Assembly: GCA_041659685.1 (NCBI GenBank)
Contig: JBAZXV010000003.1
Coordinates: forward strand, 2,040-66,039
Direction: 5' to 3'
Source of the DNA: Parcubacteria group bacterium
Lineage (GTDB): Bacteria; Patescibacteriota; Minisyncoccia; Moranbacterales; UBA11712
DNA length: 64,000 bases
Shown here: positions 56,811-64,000 of the stretch, piece after piece
Position numbering within the stretch: the stretch's first letter is position 1
Layout of the letters: every line of letters begins with the position of its first letter
Translations under genes and position numbers: made by a program
The notes under the pieces: model-generated
Told to the model about the DNA's origin: nothing
Database searches by the model: none
Seen by the model: only the letters and a program-made list of their open reading frames with translations

Positions 56811-57115
56811 GTAATTGTTGAATAATAAATGTTCTTTAATAATATTTTGTTGCCGCGCTAAAAATAGTTATTTCCGTTCCCCTGCGGAAATGGCCTGCAA
56901 ATGGCGCAAGGCAATCTGTTAATCATATACTATTTATCTATTTTTGTAAAGGGCTAAGCGTTATTAGGCCTTATTTATGGTAAAAATTGAAGAAAAAGGA
57001 GTATCAAAAAAAACGGCGGGGCCGACCGACGCTTTTTTCTATCCATGAAACCCAAATAATTAAAATGGCATAATCGACCTTGAGTTTTGGGTTCTTTTTT
57101 TGTTGTGTTTCTGCC

Positions 57116-58831
57116 CTATCGGGATTTTTTGAACGATCCGGAGCTATTCACTTTCCAGGTATATTTTTTCTTTCCGTTGAAGCGCGTAATGAATTTTCTT
57201 TTTGTGATTTGCAAAATGATTTGCGCCGTTTTGTATTTCTTTTTGAGCATCACTCGTTTGACTATTGTCACATTGCTCCCCCAAACTCTCGCGAGTGTGA
57301 TGTAGGCTCTTTTTTTGATCAGCCCCACGGCTATAATTTCATGGTATTCATCGCCGTAAAAATTAGCATCGGCATATTGGGCCGTTAGAGGATCGACGGT
57401 AAAGAAGGGGTATTCGCCGCCGTTCACATATGTCAGCCGGCCGTTTGCAAAGATGTCTGCCGGATCATCGCTGTTTGCCGCGTATCCCTCCGGCGCAGCG
57501 GGCGAGCAAACCTCAGCCGCTATGTTTGCGTCCCCCAAGCCGTCGCTGTCGGCGTCGCGATAGTAAGTTTGCTTTTGGGAAATAGAATTATCGGATTCAT
57601 CGCAATCAGAACCCGCTGATGAGCCATCGTTATCGAAGTCGCCGTCATTTTGATCATTGCTGTTTGCGGCATAGCCGGGCGGAATGGTGAAGGAACAAAC
57701 GGAGGTTGTTTCGTCCGAGCCGAGGCCGTCGCTGTCAGCGTCGCGGTAGTAGGTTTGAAATTGGAAAATGGAACTGTTCGAGTCGTTGCAGTCGACGCTT
57801 GTCGCATAGCCGTCATTATCGAAGTCGCTGTCGTTCCGGTCGGTGTTATCAGCCACGTATCCCGCCGGCGCGGTGAGCGAACAAAAAGAGGCCGGGGCGC
57901 TCGCGCCCAGCCCGTCGCCGTCCGCGTCGGGATAATACATCCGATTCGAAGAGATGCCGGCGTCGTAATCATTACAATCTTCGTTATAATTTTTTCCGTC
58001 TTTATCGGCATCGAGGCAAGTAACCGGATATTCCGTGTATTTTACGATCTGACCGTTATCGTCGTTAGTGATATAGACATCGGCCTTGCGCGCCAGACAA
58101 TTCGCCTTCATCGCAAAGCCTTCCTGGGCGCTCCCCGGGAGGCTGTAATGATTAATCGCTTCATTTGCCCCGTTAAGCTCCACCAGGGCGTTACTCGCAT
58201 CAAAAATCGCATAGGAAATTCCGGTATCCGCGTTGTAATCGATTCCGGAAATATCCGAATAGCCCGCATCCGGCGTGATAGTTTGCGCATAATCAACATC
58301 CCCGCTAGCATTGAGATTCACGTCAAAGACATAAATTTTTCCGTCCGCCTGAAGACCGGCCAGAAAATATCCATCCCGATAAGCCAGGCCTTCGAGCCCG
58401 CTGTTATCCGGACCAGTCATCCAGGTTGTAAGAGTCCAGGATTTTCCGGAAAGTTCTCCCGTGCCGAGATCAAATTCCACGATGCTGTCCGGGTTTTCTA
58501 TGCCGATATACAAATACCGGTCGTCTTCCGCAAGAGTGATCCCCTCAAGATCCCCGGCCACCGGCCAGGAATTTAGCTCGGTCCCGTTCGAATTAAGTTC
58601 TATAAGCGTTCCGGTGTTGCGGACAACAAAAAGCGATTGCCTCCCTTCATGCCAAACTGCGCCGCTTGCATCCGAATACGTTGCGATAGTCGTTCCCGAC
58701 CCTCCCGGCCAAGAGTTGATGGCAAGGCAATGCCAGGGAGAGGCAATGAAAAAAATAATGACGCCTAAAATAGTAATTTTTATTTTTTTACCGGAGACAG
58801 GGACGCCTTTGGCAAATATTTTATCCTCCAT
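57116..58831 (-). CDS. secreted protein: SdiA-regulated-like beta-propeller region + tandem MopE-like putative metal-binding repeats (YYRDADSDGLG..C)
   Basis: Signal peptide. Three tandem repeats of about 50 aa carrying the D-x-D-x-DG-x-G...C signature. The antisense ORF 57650..58576 is discounted. Confidence 0.7.
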   Translation of the reverse strand: MEDKIFAKGVPVSGKKIKITILGVIIFFIASPWHCLAINSWPGGSGTTIATYSDASGAVWHEGRQSLFVVRNTGTLIELNSNGTELNSWPVAGDLEGITLAEDDRYLYIGIENPDSIVEFDLGTGELSGKSWTLTTWMTGPDNSGLEGLAYRDGYFLAGLQADGKIYVFDVNLNASGDVDYAQTITPDAGYSDISGIDYNADTGISYAIFDASNALVELNGANEAINHYSLPGSAQEGFAMKANCLARKADVYITNDDNGQIVKYTEYPVTCLDADKDGKNYNEDCNDYDAGISSNRMYYPDADGDGLGASAPASFCSLTAPAGYVADNTDRNDSDFDNDGYATSVDCNDSNSSIFQFQTYYRDADSDGLGSDETTSVCSFTIPPGYAANSNDQNDGDFDNDGSSAGSDCDESDNSISQKQTYYRDADSDGLGDANIAAEVCSPAAPEGYAANSDDPADIFANGRLTYVNGGEYPFFTVDPLTAQYADANFYGDEYHEIIAVGLIKKRAYITLARVWGSNVTIVKRVMLKKKYKTAQIILQITKRKFITRFNGKKKYTWKVNSSGSFKKSR

Positions 58832-59393
58832 TTTTTTATTGTACCATAAATCGGCTTGTATTCTTAAATTATCCCCGGCGTTATCAAATCAAGCGATTAT
58901 TCGCCGATTGAACATTGAATGAAAACAAAGTCAAAAAGCGGTTGTATATATATGTGCAATTCGGAGAAATTTGCCTATTAAATAATCAATTTTCATAAAG
59001 TATAAAAACGATAAATGCGTAAATTTCCGGCAATATTAGCAGTAGCGGCGTTCCTGCTTCTGGCGACAGCTCTTTTTTTGATCTTCGAAGGAAAAAACGA
59101 CTACGCCTCTCCCTTCCCCCATGAACTATAATGCAATTTCAGCGCCGCAGACCCGGAATCCGGCCTCCGCGGGCTATCGGAAATAATTTTATTCTTTTAC
59201 GATGAAGCACAAAATTCCTGTCTATACCGGACCTTTTGTTTTGGCCTCTCTCGCCATTTTCTTTTTGAAGCCGTATTTCAAGTTCTGAAATAGATTTTTG
59301 CAATGCAGAACTGTTTTCCTGAAATTATTATTAAAATAATTTCCATTTTGTGGTATAATTTATATTATAATACAGGACAATAAAAATCTTTCC

Positions 59394-62300
59394 GTGCATC
59401 AAAAAAAACAAAAAAAATTGTTTCTATGCTTGTTCGCTGTTTTAGTGTTGTTTTTTATTTTTTCTTTTGGCATTTCCCGCGCTTCGGCAGCGATGGTTTA
59501 TGTGGACTATTCCACCGGAAACGACACAACCGGCGACGGGACATCGGAAAATCCGTATAAAACTTTCCATAAAGGCTTCACAATGGCCAACGCCGACGAT
59601 ATATTGGACCTCGCCGGAACTTTTGACTGGACCAACGCCGACGAAACCGGGGACGCGGCGACGACCGGCTATACGATCAACAAAAATTTGACTATCCTGG
59701 GCCACGGGCCGGATCAAACCATCATCCAGGCGGCGAGCTCCGAAAACACCGCCGGCCGGCGGGTATTCACTGTGGCCAGAGATATATCAGTATCTTTCCA
59801 AGGCTTGGCAATCCGTTATGGCAAGCTCACCGGCTTCAATTTTGGCGGCGGAATTTTGGCCATCGGCGCAGTCACAATGACCGACTGTGAAGTATACAGC
59901 AACCGGTGCGGGGGCGGTTTTGGCGGCGGAATTTTGGGCGGAGGCGTCAATGATTCGAGTGATAGCGGTTCCTCTGTCGCCAATTTGACAATTATAGATA
60001 GCTCCTTTCATGACAACATTGCCTATTACGGAGGTGGCGGAGTCTCCTACAAATCTCCCACCTCCGGATCCGGAACACTAACCATCACCAATTCCACCAT
60101 CGCCTCAAATCAAAGAACGGCCACCACTGGAAATACCGAAGGGGCAGGAGTTAATATCTGGTATGGGAACGCCATTTTCACCAATACTACTGTTTCGAAA
60201 AATATCGCCCCGAACGGATCGGGGAACTGCGGCTACAGCATGAACGACCCGCTCGGATATATCACCATAAAAAATTCAATAGTTGCCGGAAATACCGGAT
60301 CGACCATGGAATTCGGCTACCGACAGGCCGGATACGGCAACGTGACAGACAACGGCTACAACATCATCGCTGGCAGCCAATCATACTACACTTGGACCGG
60401 CGCGACCGACTGGGTGGACACGAACCAAGACGGGTCCTTTGTCCTTTACGGCACGGCCACAACCGGGCAATCAAACTTTGACACTTCGATAAACATAAAC
60501 GACAACACGAACAACAAAACGAAAACGCTCGCCCTGCTTTCGGGAAGCATTGCCATCAACAACGGCTCTCCGGATGCCAATGGCTCCATAAGCGTCCCTT
60601 CAACAGACCAGCGCGGAGCGACCAGAAACGGATCCGTTGACATCGGAGCCTATGAATTCGACGGCGGCGGACTTCCTGTCGACGCTCCCGCAACCCAGGC
60701 TTCGGGAATCGCTTCTTCAAGTGTCTATTATAATAATATGACCGTGAGCTGGACGAACGGAAATGGATCCCGCCGGGTCGTTTTCGCAAAACAGGCTTCG
60801 AGCGGCACGGCTTCTCCGGTTGATACGACCCGCTATAGCCCCAGTTCCGTATTCGGCTCTGGCAGCCAAATCGGCTCGAGTGGCTGGTATGCCGTTTATG
60901 ATGGCCTCGGCACCAGCGTCACGGTGACGAATCTGACCGGCGCCACCAATTATATCTTTCAGGTTTTCGAATATAACGGCGTTGGAACCGGCCAGGCGGA
61001 ATATCTAACAAGCACCGGCAGTGGAAATTCTTTGGCTCAAGCGAGTTATTCCCCAACCACGCTCTACGCCAATTCTGCAAGCGGAAACGACACGACCGGC
61101 GCTGGAACGTCGGGAAATCCCTATAAAACTTTCTACAAGACCTATGCAATGAGCCAGCCCGGCGACACGATTGATCTTACCGGAACTTTCACCTGGACGG
61201 ACGCGGACGAAACGGGCGACGCCGCAACAACCGGATATACGATCAGTAAGGATTTGACAATTGGAGGACACGGACCGAATCAAACCATCATCCAGTCGGC
61301 CAGCGCCGATAATACGGCTGATCGGCGCGTTTTCACTGTGTCGCGAGCCAATACCGTCGCTTTTCAGGATTTGGCGGTCCGATACGGACGACTCACTTCC
61401 TATGGTTACGGCGCAGGAATTTTCGCGATGGGAACAATCACAATTTCAGATTGCGAGATATATAGCAACCGGAGCGCAGGAGCTTTCGGCGGAGGAGTCC
61501 AGGGAGGCGGCTGCGACAACGCCAGTGACGCCGGATCCTCCGTGTCCAACGTAACCATTGTCGACAGTTCAATTCACGACAATATGGCCTATTACGGCGG
61601 AGGAGGCATCACTTTCAAATCGCCCGTTTCCGGATCAGGCACTCTCACTGTCACTAATTCCACTATTTCCGGAAACCAGCGGACGGCCACCATCGGGAAC
61701 ACGGAAGGATCGGGTGTCAACATCTGGAATGGCAACGCTGTTTTGACAAATGTTACTATTTCCGGAAATTCCGCCCCGAACGGTTCCGGAAACTGCGGCA
61801 TCGACATAAACGACCAGCTGGGATACATCACCATGAAAAATTCGATCATTGCCGGAAACACCGGAACCACTTATGAATTCGGCTACCGGCAGGCCGGATA
61901 CGGGCACGTTATTGATAATGGCTACAATATCATCGCCGGCAACCAATATTATTACACCTGGACAGGCGCGACCGACTGGGTGGACACAAACCAAGACGGG
62001 TCTTTCGTTCTTTACGGCACGGCCACAACCGGACAGCTGAACCGGGGCAGTTTCGGCCTGAACAGCTCCCTGAATAATACGCAAACCTACGCTATGCTTG
62101 AAAACAGCATTACTATCAACAATGGCTCATCAAGCGCCAACGGCTCCGTGAGTGTGCCTTCGACGGACCAGCGCGGTTTAGTCAGAGTTGGCGCGACTGA
62201 TATCGGCGCCTATGAATACGGGGCAACCGCCAACACCACCCCGAGTCTCACCAGTGTTTCCGACTCTCCCGATCCGGTGAAAGGCGGCGGCGCAATCTCT

Positions 62301-64000
62301 ATCGCTCCTTCCGGACAGGGCGACGCGGATTCGAACGATTTGTATTTCTACTGCAACGAGTCCGGAAACCCGACAGCCGCAAGCAATAGCTGTTCCGGTG
62401 GTCCGTATTCTTACGCGAATTACGGCTCAATGGCTTGTAGCTACAATGCGGGCACAGGAGACACAACCCGAACGGTTTATTGCCGCACGTATGACGGGAC
62501 GGACTACAGCGCCGAACAAACCACGACTTATACAGTCGACTCAACCGCGCCTTCGAGCGGGTCAATCACTTATTCGAACGGATTCACCAATTCAGTTTCA
62601 GTAGCACTCACGGCCGCTGACGGCACGGACGGCGGATCCGGACTCGACACCGGATCGAGAACCGTCCAGCGGAAATCAGCCACACTTTCCGACGGAACCT
62701 GCGGCGCTTATGGAAGTTTCGCGACTATTTCGCCAACGGGAACTTATCCAAATTTCACGGACGCAACCGCGCTTTCAGGAAATTGCTACCAATACCAATA
62801 TTTGGTTTCCGACGCGACGGCTAATCAGGCAACCTACATAGAAGCAAGTACTGTGAAAGTTGATACGGCTACCCCGACAACCTCCGATAATTTCACTCAT
62901 AACAACGCGTGGCAGAACAGTGACCAAACAATTGCGCTGTCTCCCGCGGATGCCGCCTCCGGAATAATTTGGACAAAGTATTGCACCGACTCAGGCAACA
63001 CCTGTGACCCGAGCTCCGGCACCAGCTACAGCGGCGCGGCCACCATAAGCGCGGAAGGCACCACTTACTTCCGTTACGCCAGTTATGATAACGCCGGCAA
63101 TACTCAAAACACAGCTTCAAAAACAATAAAAATCGACAAAACCGCGCCTTCCGTTTCCGCCGGCTCCAACCAAACGAAAAATGCCGCCTTCACCCAAAAC
63201 GCCGCTGTTTCCGACTCCGTTTCGGGAGTAGCGAGCTACTTATGGGAAAAAGTAACTGGCCCCGGCACAATAACTTTCGGAACAGCCGCCGCCGAGAACA
63301 CAACTATTTCCGCTTCCATGGGCGGAACCTATGTCATCCGCCTCACCGCTACAGATAACGCTAACAATTCCTCTTCGGACGATTTCACGCTCGCCTGGGA
63401 CACCACTTCGCCAGTGATATCAAGCGTCTCATCAATCCCGTCTTCCACTTCCGCGACCATTACATGGACATCGAACAAAAATTCTTCTTCGCAGGTGGAA
63501 TATGGGCTGGTTTCGGCTTATGGAAACTCAACGACTGAAGCCGACATGGCAACGCGCGTTTCATCCCACTCCGTAAATTTAAGCTCTCTACAATCCTGCG
63601 CGAGATATTTCTATCGCGTGAAATCCAAAGACGCGGCCGGCAATCAGGGCTTTTCAGCCCCGTCGACTTTCAACACTTCAGGATGCGAAACGTCTTCCAT
63701 TTCAGACGGAAACAGTGATCCGGTGGAAGTTTCAGGAGGAACTGTCGCAGTAAACACCAATGCCGGCAGCGCAACCGTCATCGCGCCAAATAATTACACT
63801 TCAGAAACTGCCACGATTCAAGTTAATAAGCTCAATACGGAAAACGCTCCTTCGGCGCCGGCAGGACAAACTCTTATTGGCGACAATTTTTTCAATCTTC
63901 TCGCTGTTTCCGCAAGCGGCTCTGTTATCGCAAGTTTCGCGAATCCAGTCACTTTTTCCGTTTCCTACGGATCTGATGTGGAAAATGCCTACGACGAAAA
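59394..64000 (+). CDS. giant secreted right-handed beta-helix surface protein (partial; continues beyond the window end)
   Basis: Uninterrupted reading frame from GTG 59394 (or TTG 59418) to the window end, over 1530 aa. Hydrophobic N-terminus, two tandem beta-helix modules of about 540 aa, and a C-terminal module paralogous to 22623..26018. Confidence 0.8.
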   Translation, partial: MHQKKQKKLFLCLFAVLVLFFIFSFGISRASAAMVYVDYSTGNDTTGDGTSENPYKTFHKGFTMANADDILDLAGTFDWTNADETGDAATTGYTINKNLTILGHGPDQTIIQAASSENTAGRRVFTVARDISVSFQGLAIRYGKLTGFNFGGGILAIGAVTMTDCEVYSNRCGGGFGGGILGGGVNDSSDSGSSVANLTIIDSSFHDNIAYYGGGGVSYKSPTSGSGTLTITNSTIASNQRTATTGNTEGAGVNIWYGNAIFTNTTVSKNIAPNGSGNCGYSMNDPLGYITIKNSIVAGNTGSTMEFGYRQAGYGNVTDNGYNIIAGSQSYYTWTGATDWVDTNQDGSFVLYGTATTGQSNFDTSININDNTNNKTKTLALLSGSIAINNGSPDANGSISVPSTDQRGATRNGSVDIGAYEFDGGGLPVDAPATQASGIASSSVYYNNMTVSWTNGNGSRRVVFAKQASSGTASPVDTTRYSPSSVFGSGSQIGSSGWYAVYDGLGTSVTVTNLTGATNYIFQVFEYNGVGTGQAEYLTSTGSGNSLAQASYSPTTLYANSASGNDTTGAGTSGNPYKTFYKTYAMSQPGDTIDLTGTFTWTDADETGDAATTGYTISKDLTIGGHGPNQTIIQSASADNTADRRVFTVSRANTVAFQDLAVRYGRLTSYGYGAGIFAMGTITISDCEIYSNRSAGAFGGGVQGGGCDNASDAGSSVSNVTIVDSSIHDNMAYYGGGGITFKSPVSGSGTLTVTNSTISGNQRTATIGNTEGSGVNIWNGNAVLTNVTISGNSAPNGSGNCGIDINDQLGYITMKNSIIAGNTGTTYEFGYRQAGYGHVIDNGYNIIAGNQYYYTWTGATDWVDTNQDGSFVLYGTATTGQLNRGSFGLNSSLNNTQTYAMLENSITINNGSSSANGSVSVPSTDQRGLVRVGATDIGAYEYGATANTTPSLTSVSDSPDPVKGGGAISIAPSGQGDADSNDLYFYCNESGNPTAASNSCSGGPYSYANYGSMACSYNAGTGDTTRTVYCRTYDGTDYSAEQTTTYTVDSTAPSSGSITYSNGFTNSVSVALTAADGTDGGSGLDTGSRTVQRKSATLSDGTCGAYGSFATISPTGTYPNFTDATALSGNCYQYQYLVSDATANQATYIEASTVKVDTATPTTSDNFTHNNAWQNSDQTIALSPADAASGIIWTKYCTDSGNTCDPSSGTSYSGAATISAEGTTYFRYASYDNAGNTQNTASKTIKIDKTAPSVSAGSNQTKNAAFTQNAAVSDSVSGVASYLWEKVTGPGTITFGTAAAENTTISASMGGTYVIRLTATDNANNSSSDDFTLAWDTTSPVISSVSSIPSSTSATITWTSNKNSSSQVEYGLVSAYGNSTTEADMATRVSSHSVNLSSLQSCARYFYRVKSKDAAGNQGFSAPSTFNTSGCETSSISDGNSDPVEVSGGTVAVNTNAGSATVIAPNNYTSETATIQVNKLNTENAPSAPAGQTLIGDNFFNLLAVSASGSVIASFANPVTFSVSYGSDVENAYDE

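Noticed and set aside
57650-58576. 308-aa + strand ORF antisense to the MopE-repeat gene
   Set aside because: Low-complexity Arg/Val/Ile-rich translation of the antisense of Asp/Gly-rich repeats. The minus-strand gene has a signal peptide and recognisable repeats.

Overview
This is a bacterial chromosomal segment of about 64 kb with roughly 45-50% GC overall. Coding is mostly on the + strand up to about 32 kb and mixed after that. Recognisable housekeeping and envelope genes include a Gfo/Idh/MocA oxidoreductase, RsgA GTPase, a SAM-dependent methyltransferase, a thermonuclease with an Excalibur domain, two MFS transporters, an HD-domain YqeK-like protein, an ECF sigma factor with an anti-sigma partner, a DMT transporter, a family-3 substrate-binding protein, an LCP protein, an HI0933-like flavoprotein, an ABC-F ATPase, a DD-carboxypeptidase, two metallophosphoesterases, an SRPBCC protein and a DEAD-box helicase. 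There are several very large secreted surface proteins: a PA14 + Ig-like + FN3 + peptidoglycan-binding protein, an FGE-sulfatase-domain protein, an SdiA-regulated/MopE-repeat protein, and a partial giant beta-helix protein that runs off the 3' end of the window. Three things stand out. First, the window is extraordinarily rich in several families of short intergenic palindromic and modular repeats: a double 12-bp palindrome TAGAAGCTTCTA/TAGAGGCCTCTA in at least 14 copies, longer composite forms of it, a 220-bp long-hairpin unit, and a mosaic A/B/C/D palindrome family. Second, an AT-rich accessory island (about 9.1-15 kb) and another locus (39.1-40.3 kb) carry toxin-antitoxin or defence-like modules: two Panacea (DUF4065) antitoxin-type genes each followed by a small putative toxin (one uncharacterised, one RelE/Gp49-like), a RhuM-Fic/Doc protein, a membrane protein + HEPN-like two-gene operon, and an uncharacterised Cys-rich protein. 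Third, a small AbrB/SpoVT-like gene preceded by an inverted repeat occurs in two intact copies plus three decayed remnants, each time next to the double-palindrome repeat. A MerR-HTH::GHKL-ATPase + STAS-like pair also looks like an uncharacterised partner-switching module. No rRNA, tRNA or CRISPR array was recognised.
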